Assembly (NCBI GenBank): GCA_963734545.1
Contig: CAVTHO010000008.1
Location: 512,001-576,000 of the forward strand
Source of the DNA: an uncultured Spirochaetota bacterium
Lineage (GTDB): Bacteria; Spirochaetota; Spirochaetia; SZUA-6; Fen-1364
Direction: 5' to 3'
DNA length: 64,000 nucleotides
The translations under genes were made by a program, and so were the position numbers. This document shows positions 1 through 10,429 of this stretch, piece by piece (position 1 is the first letter of the stretch; each line of letters begins with the position of its first letter). The notes beneath the pieces are model-generated. The model was not told the DNA's origin and did not search any database. It worked only from the letters and a program-made list of their open reading frames with translations.

Positions 1-8
1 AACGAATC

Positions 9-35
9 TTAATCGCGCCGTAAATAGACGCTAAT
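9..35 (+). promoter_or_regulatory. Possible OmpR-family response-regulator direct-repeat site
   Basis: TTAAT (9), GTAAA (20) and CTAAT (31) recur at 11-bp spacing upstream of the PDZ/kinase pair, resembling CpxR-type boxes. Confidence 0.3.
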
Positions 36-73
36 GATGAGGACGTAGCTTTGTACCCGGAGGTACAAGCAGC

Positions 74-1204
74 ATGAGACTTCAATACATTCTCGTCGGT
101 GTCCTTTCTCTTGCGGTCGGCACGACTCTGGGGTTTGCCCAGCCGAAGGCGGAGAAGGCAGCCGGCACGACCGAGGCGGCGAATCCGAACACCCAGTCGC
201 CCGTGGACGAGCCGGGTGTCCTCGTCGTGGCAGTCCAGAGCGACAGTCCCGCGCAGAAGGCAGGAATCGTCCGGGGCGACATCATCCTTGCCGTGAACGG
301 GACCGCCGTGAACACGCCTGCCGAGCTCATAAAGGGCGTCGAGGCGCGCAAGAGCGGTGACACCCTGTCGGTGAAGCTGCGCCACGGCGACGCGGAGAAG
401 ACCATGAACGTCACGCTTGCCGAGCGGAACGGGCGTGCATGGCTGGGCACGGCGTTGTTCCCGGGCAGCCGAGAGCGGGGGCGCGAGCTCGGTGATGACC
501 GGGACCTCGGATTTCAGATGCCGTTCTCGGGCGCATACGTGACGAGCGTCGTTACGGGAAGCCCCGCGGAAAAGGCGGGCCTGAAGGAGGGCGACGTGAT
601 CCTGTCCGTGGACGGCACGAACGTCGATCCCCGGCACAGCCTGTCCGACCTGATCAGCGCAAAGAAGATCGGGGACACGGTCACCCTCTCCGTCGAATCT
701 TCGGCGCAGGGCCGGGAACAGCCGCCCCGGGACGTGAAAGTCACCCTGGAAAAGAACCCGTCCGGCAGCATGCCTTACGCGGGAATCCAGTATACGGCAG
801 CTCAGCCCCGGTTCGGGCGCGGGCCGCGCGGAGGCGCCTTTGCAGGGCCGGGCGTGCTTGTTGCGGATGTCGTTGCGGACGGTCCTGCATCCAAGGCAGG
901 CATCAAGGCCCGTGACGTCATCACGAAAGTACAGGGCGTTGCGGTGACAGACCCGAAGGAGGTCGCCGATGCGGTGGCCGCGCACAAGCCCGGGGACACA
1001 TTGAGCGTGACGGTCCGACACGAAGCGGATGACAAGGAAGCGGATATGAGCGTGACGCTCGGGGCGAACCCGAACGACGCGGCAAAGGCGTACATGGGGA
1101 TCTCGATGAGCGCTTTCATGGGACAGCCAGGGCCGGGCCCGAGGGGATTCGGCGGCATGCCTCGTCGCATGAGCCCTCCTGGCAACACGCCTCCGGGAAT
1201 CTAG
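74..1204 (+). CDS. Secreted triple-PDZ-domain protein without a protease domain
   Basis: GGAGG RBS and signal peptide; three repeats of the PDZ signature (SPAQKAGIVRGDIIL, SPAEKAGLKEGDVIL, GPASKAGIKARDVIT). Confidence 0.9.
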   Translation: MRLQYILVGVLSLAVGTTLGFAQPKAEKAAGTTEAANPNTQSPVDEPGVLVVAVQSDSPAQKAGIVRGDIILAVNGTAVNTPAELIKGVEARKSGDTLSVKLRHGDAEKTMNVTLAERNGRAWLGTALFPGSRERGRELGDDRDLGFQMPFSGAYVTSVVTGSPAEKAGLKEGDVILSVDGTNVDPRHSLSDLISAKKIGDTVTLSVESSAQGREQPPRDVKVTLEKNPSGSMPYAGIQYTAAQPRFGRGPRGGAFAGPGVLVADVVADGPASKAGIKARDVITKVQGVAVTDPKEVADAVAAHKPGDTLSVTVRHEADDKEADMSVTLGANPNDAAKAYMGISMSAFMGQPGPGPRGFGGMPRRMSPPGNTPPGI

Positions 1205-1231
1205 AATCGCGCATGCCAGGCATGCGCTGAG

Positions 1232-1278
1232 AGCACGGGATACGCGGGTACGCGTTCCGCGCGGACGCGGTACCGTGC
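1232..1278. other. Imperfect intergenic inverted repeat
   Basis: GCACGG...CCGTGC arms enclose further partial complementarity between the PDZ gene and the kinase. Confidence 0.35.
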
Positions 1279-1284
1279 AGCAAA

Positions 1285-2898
1285 TTGGGGGGAGAATTGT
1301 TCCAGTCGATCCGGTGGAAGCTTGCGGCCAGCTACGCAGTTCTTGTCCTGCTCTCGGTAACGCTGATGGGCGCGCTGGCGCTGTACATCGTGCAGCGTGA
1401 CGTGGGCAGGCAGGAAGCGGGGTACCTGAAGGCGAACGCGCGCGCTGTTGCCGAGCAGGCCCGGCGCTTCATGGACCCGCACGTCCGCCGGATCGCGCTC
1501 GCGGAGCTGGCCTCCACCTCCGCATTTCTGGGAGACGCGCGCGTCAGGATCATGGGACCCGACCGCGCGCTCCTTGCTGATTCCGGCAGTCCCGGCCTGC
1601 CGGACGAGTTTCTCTGGCTCATCCCCTCGGGCCTTGCGGAGATCGACGCCGGGCGCGAGGGCTCGTTCCCCTTCATTCTCCCCATGCCGCCGCACCCGCA
1701 CGGCGGGCAGATAATGAGCCCGCGCGAGCTGATGCCCCTGCTCCGCGATCTTCCCCTGGGCACGTCGCACGTCTATGCGCGGCGCATGCTCACCCCGTGG
1801 GGAAGGCGGTTCGTGTTCGAGGGCGATCCGATCGTGCCGGAGGGACCGCGCGCTTCGACTGCGCCTCCCCGGCAGGTGGTCGCCACCACTGTGGCCATCG
1901 GGTCCGAGGGCAGTCCCCTGGGTTACGTCGAAATGTCGAGCCCGCTCAGCCTGAGCGGTGTCGCGCTGGGTCCGATGAGGAGCGCCGTGCTCCTCTCCGG
2001 CCTCGGCTCCCTGGCCATCGCCGTCTGTGTCGGCCTGCTCATCGGGAGGACGCTGTCCGATCCGCTGCGCAGCCTTGCGGGCACGGCGCGCAGGATGGCG
2101 GAAGGAGACCTCTCCTCACGGGCAGAAGCCGGGCGGCGGGACGAGATCGGAGAGCTGGCGCGGCAGTTCAACGGGATGGCGGAAAGTCTCGAGGCGAGCT
2201 TCCGGGACCTGCGTTCCGAGCGTGATTCATTGAAGAGATTCGTCGCCGACGCTTCGCACGAGCTGCGCACGCCCATCACGGCCCTCGCGACATTCAACGA
2301 GCTCCTGCAGGGAAGCGCGTCGGAGGATCCGGCCGCGCGACAGGAGTTTCTCAGGGAAAGCCAGACGCAGCTCGAGCGCCTGCAATGGATCACTTCCAAT
2401 CTCCTGGACCTCTCCCGCCTGGACGCGGGGATCGCGGCGCTGACCCTGGGCAATCACGCTGCCCGGGACATCGTCGAATCGGCACTGGCGGGGGCGAGGG
2501 AAAAGGCGCGGGCGAAGAACATCTCCCTTTCCGTCGAAGCGCGCGACACGGCCCTTGTCGTCTCCTGTGACAGGAACAGGGTGGAAATGGCCCTCTCCAA
2601 TCTCGTTGTCAATGCCGTGAAGTTCACACAGCAGAACGGGCACGTGGCGGTCAGCGTGGCCGCGGAAAACGGCTGCGTCCAGTTCGCGGTGCGGGACGAC
2701 GGCCCGGGGATTTCCGCCGAAGAACTGCCGTTGATATTCGGACGGTTCTATCGCGGCAGGAACGCCGCGGGAGAGGGCGCGGGTCTCGGCCTTGCGATCG
2801 TCCAGAGCGTCGCCCGGGCCCACGGGGGATCGGTGGAGGCACAAAGCGTTCCCGGCGCCGGGAGCGTTTTCACTTTGGTGATCCCGCTCGTCGCGTAG
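1285..2898 (+). CDS. HAMP-domain sensor histidine kinase (BaeS/OmpR-partner type)
   Basis: Two TM segments, HAMP (RRDEIGELARQFNGM), H-box ASHELRTP, N-box NLVVNAVKF, DDGPGI, GAGLGLAI; start codon uncertain. Confidence 0.92.
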   Translation: MGGELFQSIRWKLAASYAVLVLLSVTLMGALALYIVQRDVGRQEAGYLKANARAVAEQARRFMDPHVRRIALAELASTSAFLGDARVRIMGPDRALLADSGSPGLPDEFLWLIPSGLAEIDAGREGSFPFILPMPPHPHGGQIMSPRELMPLLRDLPLGTSHVYARRMLTPWGRRFVFEGDPIVPEGPRASTAPPRQVVATTVAIGSEGSPLGYVEMSSPLSLSGVALGPMRSAVLLSGLGSLAIAVCVGLLIGRTLSDPLRSLAGTARRMAEGDLSSRAEAGRRDEIGELARQFNGMAESLEASFRDLRSERDSLKRFVADASHELRTPITALATFNELLQGSASEDPAARQEFLRESQTQLERLQWITSNLLDLSRLDAGIAALTLGNHAARDIVESALAGAREKARAKNISLSVEARDTALVVSCDRNRVEMALSNLVVNAVKFTQQNGHVAVSVAAENGCVQFAVRDDGPGISAEELPLIFGRFYRGRNAAGEGAGLGLAIVQSVARAHGGSVEAQSVPGAGSVFTLVIPLVA

Positions 2899-2962
2899 AC
2901 GCGTGCAATAATCACATCGCTTGACTCGTCGTGTTGAACGAAACCAACCGGGGGAGGTATCC

Positions 2963-3586
2963 ATGAGAAGAACCGTCTTTTTGGTGATAATCTCCGCTGC
3001 GCTCGCCGCGGCCGCGTACGCACAGGAGAAAGCGCCCGATCGCTTCGGATTCGAGCAGGAGCTGAGCGCGGCTCTTCAGGACATGTCGGGGACCCAGGTG
3101 GGGACGCTGACCGTCGGGGACCTCGAGAAGCTTGCGGGACGCGTCTCCATCGTGGTGCAGAAGATTCAATACGTGCAGAAGGTGAAACGCGCGTCGTTCT
3201 TCCTTCCCGGCGCCGGGCAGTTTATGACAGGGGACGCGCTGGGAGGCTCACTCTTCCTTGCAGGGGACCTTGCCATCGTCACCGGCACCCTGATCGGCGC
3301 GTATTTCCTGCTTCCCACGAACGTGCAATTCAGGGATCTGGACTACTTCCACGTGCCCCTGGGATCGATCAGGAGGGCATGGGAGAGCAACAGCTTCACG
3401 GACTACCTGCCCTCCATCGCCGTGCTCGCCGGCGGGATGGTCCTCAAGGCCGTCCTGGGACACTTCTCCGCGGCCAACGCGGAAAGCGAGGCGCGCGCAC
3501 GCATCGCGGAAGGGAAAATCACCTTCACGCCGAACTTCGACGTGTTCGGCCGTGGATTCGGCATGGGCGTGCGGATGGGGTTCTAG
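2963..3586 (+). CDS. Hypothetical exported/membrane protein
   Basis: GGAGG RBS, signal peptide ending AYA-Q, SFFLPGAGQF motif, hydrophobic segments, C-terminal Phe. Confidence 0.75.
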   Translation: MRRTVFLVIISAALAAAAYAQEKAPDRFGFEQELSAALQDMSGTQVGTLTVGDLEKLAGRVSIVVQKIQYVQKVKRASFFLPGAGQFMTGDALGGSLFLAGDLAIVTGTLIGAYFLLPTNVQFRDLDYFHVPLGSIRRAWESNSFTDYLPSIAVLAGGMVLKAVLGHFSAANAESEARARIAEGKITFTPNFDVFGRGFGMGVRMGF

Positions 3587-3627
3587 ACCCGCGCGCGGTA
3601 TGCGCGTGCGCGCCTCAGTGGGTGCTC

Positions 3628-6600
3628 CTACACACGCGCGCGGTAGGTAAGGCGGCGGTAGTCCTCGACGAACCCGAATTCGACGAGCCTCTCCCTGTAG
3701 GGGCTCTTCCCGACCGGCTCGTCGTTGATGGTTTCCACCCGGACCGCGCTCATGGGCCGCCATTCACGTCCAGTCAGTACCTTGACGAAGGAAAGATACT
3801 CCGGGATGCGAGGCGACTCGGGAGGCACTCTGAACTCGAGCTCCCGGCCCTTGCGGCGCGACACGAGAACCACCGCGTCCCCGTGGAACACCACGTGAGT
3901 AGTGGGCAGACGTGACGGCAGCACCGGCTTCAGGGCCTCGATATCCACGCCGCAGAGGCTCGCAGGGTCCGCCGCGTTCACCCACCATACGGGGCCGGCG
4001 GATTCTGCATCGCCGTGCCCGGCGGATTCTGCATCGCCCCATTCCTCGATCAGCGAAGGGGCAGCAAACTGCAGACCCCTGATCCCCTCGAAAAACCTGC
4101 CTGCCACCACCTCTCCGGAGAACTCCATCAGCCGAAGGCTGCGGAACAGCCGTGACCAGCGAAGAAGAGGCAGCTCGTTTTCCAGCACCTCGCGAAACAG
4201 CACGCCGTAGCGCTGGAGGACCTGCCTGATCCTGTCACGTACGATCTCCTCCTCGTCCAGCGCGTCGCGCTCCCCGTTCCCCCGCTGCACGCGAAACCAG
4301 AAGCCCGTGCTCGGCCGTGTGGCCTGCCAGCGGTCGAAGCCGGGCCGTCCACGGCCTGCCGCGCGGCTGCGCGGAATCCGCATCGCAGTACTCTGCGGAT
4401 TTTGCATCGCGGTACCCCGCGGATTCAGCGGAGAACCGCGGCCCGGGTCGCTCGGCGGCACCTCGCCGGCACGAAAACCGCTGTCCACCCCTTTCCGCAA
4501 TTCCTGGAACGAATCGCTAGGAGACCATGCCTTTCCACGCGAGATCCCACAGGCGATCGGTCAGCTCCGCCGAACTCAGCCGCAGCTTGTCCCCGAGGTC
4601 CCAGAAAGAGTACTTGCCCGCACTGGATTCGAAGAGAGCCTCCGCGGGGGTCTCGTCGGGAGCTGCCTCGAGAAAGAGCTCCGCGTCCTCACGGAAACAG
4701 AATGTAAGGCGCTGCCTGCCGCATCCGAGCCAGAGAAGCCCTGCCTCCGCGAGCAGTCCATCCAGCCACCGTGTCCGGTACTCCTGCAACCGGGCGGGGA
4801 AAACCTCCTCCTCCCACGCGCGGGCCGGAAGCGGAAGCCCGAAGAGCTTTTCCCACTTACCCTTCATCTCGTCAGGCCCGCCGGCACGCTCGATCAGCCC
4901 CTGGCGCCTGGCAACGAAGAGAGGCAGGCGCGCGACAGGAAGAGTTTTCACCTCGGGCCGGGCCCTGGCCCGGGAAATCCGCAGGAGGATCTCGAGATTC
5001 TCTCGGTCGCAGAGCAGCAGGGCCTCCGAGCCTGCGGCGAGCCTGTCCAGCACGACCTGCTCTTCTTCCGCGAGCTCCTGGATGAGAGACTCCAGCCTGT
5101 CCTGGGTCAACCCGAACAGGCGTCCCACGAACGAAGGCTCGATCGGGCCGTAGAATCGCAGCCACTCGCTCAACAATTCCGCCAGGGCATCGACGTACTC
5201 GGCGGATTTCGCATCGACGTACCCGGCGGATTCTGCATCGACGTACCCGGCGGATTCTGCATCGACGTACCCGGCGGATTTCGCATCGACGTACCCGGCG
5301 GATTTTGCACCGTCCGCCGCAGCCTGGAGGCTTCGTTCGACCCGGGGGAGCGTCTCCCGGGCCAGGACACAGGAAAGCTCACCGAACGAGCGCGTGACGA
5401 TCTTCGGCCGGAGCTCCTCTTCGAGGGCTTCTGGAGACAACCCGTAGTCGCGCGCACACGCCTGCAGGAGCGCCTGCCACTCCGTCTGGGGAAGAATGAT
5501 CCTCTCCTTGACCCAGTCCAGAAGCTCGCGCGCATCGCGCGGAGCGTATCCCGCTCCGGTGCGCTGCAGCTTGGCCTGAAAGTCCGCCAGAACGCCCGCG
5601 GCAAGCCGCGGACGCAGATCGGGGGAAAGGGCAAGCTCCCTGACGAGCTCGCCGCGCAGACTCGTTCCCCCTGCTCCCGGCGGCGTATCGTCCGCATACA
5701 TCAGGCTGTTCGTCTGTTTCCACAACAGCCCGTGGCAGAACGGAGAAGGCACGGCGGTGGACACCTCGCCGATCGCGATGACGCCGGAAGAGAGCTCTTC
5801 CAGCAGCATGCCCAGGTGGGGAAGGTCGAACTCGTCCCGCAGGCAGGTCCGCCACGCCTCGAGGAGCAGGGGAAAATCGTCGTAGCGCGACACCGCGGAG
5901 AACAGGGACTTTGCTCTCTGACGCGTGAGCCAGAAAGGCATGCGCCTTTTTGCCGAAGGCCGCGGGAGAAGCAGGGCGCGGCCCGCGCTTTCGCGAAACC
6001 GGGCGCCGAAGAAGCCGCTGCCTTCCAGGCTCCTGCGCAGCAGCCTCTCCAGGCTGCCCGCCGGGACGAGGGACAGGATCTCCTGCGCGGAGCGGGCCTC
6101 CGGCAGAAAGAGCAGGATCGCATCGTTGTTCTGGAACATCTCGGGGCGATAGCCGTACTTTTCCTCCCACGCGGCGGAGAGAGCGAGGCCGAAGGGCTTG
6201 TTGACCCTTCCGCCCCACAGGGTGTGCAGCACGACATACGCTGCGCCGACGTGCCCGGCGGATTTCGCCTCCGCCTTGCCGTCGGGATCACGCGTATGCT
6301 CGACGAGCAGGTGATGGCGATGGGGAAGGTCCGCGCCGGTCGCCTCTCTCTGCCGGGCAAGGAACTCGGTCATCGCGCGCGCCGCATCGGGCTCCAGGCC
6401 ATGGGAGGCTTCCTGCGCCGCGGGGAAGTCACGATCCCCGATTTTCCCGTTCCAGTCTTCCAGCGTGCGCGCGATCCGGTCGGAAATATGGAAATCCCTG
6501 TTGCGCTCTTCCGCTTTCCAGAAGGGGGACATGCCGATCCTGGTTGCCACGGGCACGACCTCGACGTTCTGGTGATCGATCTTCTGGATGCGCCAGCCCT

Positions 6601-8317
6601 GCGTGCCGAACACGAAGCTGTCACCCAGGGAGCGCTCCCAGACGAACTCCTCGTCCAGCTCGCCGATGAGCGGTCTTGGAATCCGCGGCGCGCAGGCTGA
6701 AGTAGCCCCTGTCGGGAATGGTGCCGCCGCTGGTGGCCAGGCGGATCCGCGCACCCTCCCTGGCGCGCACGGTGGAATCGATGCGATCGTAGGAAATCAT
6801 CGGCGCGAGATCGCGCAGCCGCGTTTCCTCGTACTTGCCGGCGAGCATGTCCAGCACCAGATCGAATTGCCGGCGGGCGAGCGTGCGGTAGGGAAAGCCG
6901 GCGCGAATGAAGTCGTACAGCTCGTCCACCTTCCAGGTTTCCACCGCGGTCATGGAGACGATCACCTGGGCCAGGACATCCAGCGGGCAGGTCACCGGAG
7001 TGATCGTGTCGATGTCCTGCTCCCGGACGCAGCGCGCCGTGACCGCCGCGTCCACGATGTCCTTGCCGTGCAGGGGAAAGATGACGCCCCTGCTGGGCTG
7101 GCCCACCGTGTGGCCGGCGCGGCCGAGACGCTGGACAGCGGAAGCCACGTTGAAGGGCGTCTGCACGAGAATGACCTGATCGAGGGAGCCCACGTCGATG
7201 CCCAGCTCCAGGGAGCTGGTGGCCACGATGGCTTTCAGCTCGCCGCGCTTCAGCCTCTGCTCAACGACAAGGCGGAGCTCCCGTGAGAGCGAGCCGTGGT
7301 GAGACCAGGCGAGCGTCTGCGGCTGACCCTCGTTGATGAACCGGGCCAGCTTCTCCGCGTGGCGGCGCGAGTTGACGAAAAAGAGGGTGGACCGATTCTC
7401 CGCGATGATCTTCCTGCACTCCCGGGCCAGCGCATCGAACAGGGGCTCTTCGCCCGGCGCGCTGGTCGGCGCCAAATCCGCCGGGTACGGCGTACTCGCC
7501 GAACGGGTACTCCCGTACGTCGGCGCAGAATCCGCCGGGTACGTCGGCGCAACGGCCGGATACGAGATGCGGATGTCATAGTCCTTTGCCATCGGGCAAT
7601 GGACGACCTGTACGCGCCTCTTGCGATAGACCGGCTCCCCCGCCGCGCGCTCCAGTTGGTACCCGCCCACAAGATCAGCCACGACGGACAGCGGTTTTAC
7701 TGTTGCCGACAGGGCGATTCTCTGGAACTCCCCCGCCAGCCTCACCAGCCTGTCCACCGCGGTCACGAGGTGCGTGCCCCGCTTCGTGGCCGCGACGGCG
7801 TGGATCTCGTCGAGGATCACGGCGGCAACCCCGTCCAGCATCAGGCGGCCGTTCGGCGACGAGAGGATCAGGTTGAGGCTCTCCGGGGTGGTGATGAGGA
7901 TCTCGGGGGGATGGCGCAGCATCCTCTGGCGCTCGGTGGACGAGGTGTCGCCGCTCCGGGTGAGAACACGTATCGACGGCAGCGAATGGCCCGCCTGCTG
8001 GAAGACCGTGGAAAGCTCCTGCAGCGGCGAGAGCAGGTTGCGCTGGATGTCGTTGTTCAGCGCCTTCAGGGGCGAGACGTACAGGATCCGGACCTTCCCG
8101 GGAGACAGGGCACCGGTTGCCAGCTGGTTGATGCCCCAGAGGAATGCGGTGAACGTCTTGCCGGTGCCGTGGGGGCCGACACCAGAACATGCGCGCCCCG
8201 CGCGATCTCGGGCCACGCACGCTCCTGTACTTCGGTCGGCCTGCCGACGGACGTGAGAAACCATGACCTGATCAGGGGGTGGAAGAGGGAAAGGGCGCCC
8301 TCGGTCTCGTCGTTCAT
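3628..8317 (-). CDS. lhr: Lhr-family ATP-dependent DEAD/DEAH helicase (long form); three apparent frameshifts near 8169, 6671 and 4519
   Basis: FHPLIRSWF, APTGTGKT (restored), YVSPLKALNNDI, ITTPESL, DEIH, HHGSLS, TSSLELGIDVG, GTIPDRG, IGELDEEF, RYGVLFRE, NAADPASL across four consecutive ORFs. Confidence 0.9.
3995..4038. repeat. Family-A 24-bp repeat, 2 copies, inside lhr
   Basis: CCGGCGGATTCTGCATCGCC(GTGC) x2, read as GDAESAGH. Confidence 0.85.
4371..4429. repeat. Family-A 24-bp repeat, about 2.5 degenerate copies, inside lhr
   Basis: GCGGAATCCGCATCGCAGTACTCT / GCGGATTTTGCATCGCGGTACCCC / GCGGATTC, read as NPRGTAMQNPQSTAMR. Confidence 0.75.
5187..5310. repeat. Family-A 24-bp tandem repeat, 5 copies, inside lhr
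   Basis: GCATCGACGTACCCGGCGGATTYY x5, read as (DA[EK]SAGYV)n. Confidence 0.97.
6243..6268. repeat. Family-A repeat, single copy, inside lhr
   Basis: GCGCCGACGTGCCCGGCGGATTTCGC, read as AKSAGHVGA. Confidence 0.75.
7465..7551. repeat. Family-A repeat, 2 copies in the opposite orientation, inside lhr
   Basis: GCCAAATCCGCCGGGTAC and GCAGAATCCGCCGGGTACGTCGGC match the reverse complement of the 5187 unit; read as PTYPADSA. Confidence 0.85.
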
Positions 8318-9142
8318 GCCGGCGACAATACCCGGATGACCTTCTTCCAGTCCACTGGCAGCGCGCGAGGAGCAATATTCTCCTGACCCGCCTGCTTCCG
8401 GGCCTTTTCGATGCGGCTGTCGATCGGAGAATGCGGATCGATGTATTTCAAGAGCTCCGGTTCCTTGCGGGCCGATTCCTTGATCCGCGCAAGGGCCGCG
8501 CTGAAAGACGCCGGGGGGATACCCGCCTGTGCGAGGAGATGCACGGAGAAGGCGTCTGCCCGGTCCTCCGCCTCACGGCCGTAATGCACATTTACCATTG
8601 TCTGGATGATCCGCTCCAGCATTGCCCCACCCTGTCCCCTGGTCACGACAGTTGCCAGAGCGGCCATCCCGATCTGCCGGCCAAGGAGCGCGACAGGATC
8701 GCGGTTGACGACGTGCGACAACTCGTGGCCGAGCACGGCAGCCATCTCGTCCGCTGACTTCAATTCCCGGATGAGGCCCGTGTCCACGCAGATGACACGG
8801 CCGGGGAGCGTGAAGGCGTTGATCTCGGGCGATTTCACGACCAGCACGTCGACCGTGATCCGGCGGTCTCCCGACCGTGTCTTCGGGGATTGCGGGCAGC
8901 AATCTGCCCATGATTGCAGAAAACGCACCGGTGACTTCCCCGTCATCCACCACGTACTCCGTGGCACGTATCTGCTCCTTCATGATCGGTCCCAGCGCGT
9001 CATCAAGTGACTGCGAGATATCCAAAGGCGCCCCATGCCGGGGAAACAGCACCCGCTGGGCAGCGAATGCCGCAATGCCCAGAACGAGAACGACCGCGCA
9101 GATCACGCCCAGCTCCCGGGCCAGGCGCCGTGTCCGGCTCAA
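8314..9142 (-). CDS. M48-family metallopeptidase, frameshift near 8880
   Basis: N-terminal TM; INAFTLPG, AVLGHELSH, EDRAD and HSPIDSRI motifs; TTG start overlaps the upstream stop. Confidence 0.85.
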
Positions 9143-9651
9143 AAGCCCTCCGGAGGCTTGTTCTCCCACTCCCTCGGCCTGCGGCGCTTCTCGGCATTCG
9201 GCCCGTAGTATCTGCCGAAGCAGAATGGCCCGATCAGCGGGAAGTAGATGAACCGCCCTTTGCGCGCGCGAACGAGCGCCACAATTGACCAGATGATATA
9301 GGCCAGATTGGCCAGGACGGTAAAGAGCAGGTACCAGAAAAACCCGGGGGCAAATCCATCCTTCACGATGAGGTTGCCGACAAGCCAGCCGACCAGCCCT
9401 GCGTTCAGCAGCACGACCGGAATGTGGGTCAGAAGGGCCTGAAGGGAATGGAAGGCAGCGAAAACGGAGTTTTTCCTGTTCACAAAGAAGTAGATCACCG
9501 AGGCAATGAGATTGACGAGCGGTATGGGAAGCCCGATTGCGAGCGAAGCGAACATCATGAGGTACGCGCCCATTGCGTCCTCTTTGTCGCGGTCGGGAAT
9601 CTCGTCAGGCTGCGGCAGCCGCACGCCGGCAGGCGTATCGATCGAGCTCAT
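9139..9651 (-). CDS. DUF4870-like membrane protein
   Basis: Three TM segments, AFHSLQAL and GRFIYFPLIG pattern. Confidence 0.7.
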   Translation of the reverse strand: MSSIDTPAGVRLPQPDEIPDRDKEDAMGAYLMMFASLAIGLPIPLVNLIASVIYFFVNRKNSVFAAFHSLQALLTHIPVVLLNAGLVGWLVGNLIVKDGFAPGFFWYLLFTVLANLAYIIWSIVALVRARKGRFIYFPLIGPFCFGRYYGPNAEKRRRPREWENKPPEGF

Positions 9652-9728
9652 GAGTCACTCTCCATCGGTTGAAAAAGCGAATGCGCCCGGGAACCTTGAC
9701 GGCCCCCGGGCGCAGGGAGAAGAGCCGG

Positions 9729-10313
9729 CTATTCTTTGCCCGAGAACTTCGGATACTCGTCTGTAAAGTAGCCGAGGTAGAGATTCACGCGGGTCGCCCA
9801 TCGGTACGTGCCGACGTTGAAGGCGTGCCAGCGGGAAGGATACGTCCCGGCAAACAGGATTGCCCACCACGCCAGGAAACCCAGGACGCCGCTTGCGATC
9901 AAGCGGAAGAAGAGGCAGAAGGCATGCGGGATCCCGACGTAGATGAAGCCGAACAGGACCCGAAGAATGACCAGGCCTCGGCTGACCCTTTCCGGCCGGG
10001 GGACATCGAGCTTCACCGTGTCGCTCGTGCCGCTGGGGAAGAAGGCAGGGTAGCCGTCAACGAGGTTGGCCAGGATGGCTTCCACACGGAGAGACCAATT
10101 GGTATACCCGATCTGGAATTTGAATATCGACTCGGGGAACTTTGCGGTAAAGAGCACCACCCAGAACGTGACAAAGGACAGGATCCCGGACCAGATTCCC
10201 ACTATGCTCAGAAGGAAGAAATGCGGGATGCCTATATAGATCATCCCAAAGAACGTGCGCAGAAGCAACTGGCCGCGGGAATACTTTTCCTGATGTGTGA
10301 TCGTAAGCTTCAT
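9729..10313 (-). CDS. DUF4389 membrane protein
   Basis: Two internal repeats SRG...IPH...LF...P...W..RV..Y...D.YP.F; GGAGG RBS. Confidence 0.85.
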   Translation of the reverse strand: MKLTITHQEKYSRGQLLLRTFFGMIYIGIPHFFLLSIVGIWSGILSFVTFWVVLFTAKFPESIFKFQIGYTNWSLRVEAILANLVDGYPAFFPSGTSDTVKLDVPRPERVSRGLVILRVLFGFIYVGIPHAFCLFFRLIASGVLGFLAWWAILFAGTYPSRWHAFNVGTYRWATRVNLYLGYFTDEYPKFSGKE

Positions 10314-10429
10314 TTTGGCCTCCTGTAGCAGGAAATGTACGCCGTGTTCGACGGTATTGCAACGCTTTTTTTCATGGCGGAGCCCGGGATCGCCTTGAAT
10401 GGGGGGCTGCCGGCGCGATACCCTGCGCC

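Noticed and set aside
4517-4519. In-frame TAG as stop-codon recoding
   Set aside because: Removing one base restores MVS-SDSFQELRKG in the next frame, so this is an indel rather than readthrough.
4307-6700. Long antisense ORFs (797 aa here; also 47421-49301 and 38601-39953)
   Set aside because: Shadow frames of real high-GC genes with no recognisable motifs.
3628-8317. Lhr as a defence-island helicase, pseudogene or programmed-frameshift gene
   Set aside because: It is the ordinary long Lhr type with no defence neighbours. The shifts are single-base indels without clear slippery sites, like those in many nearby genes.
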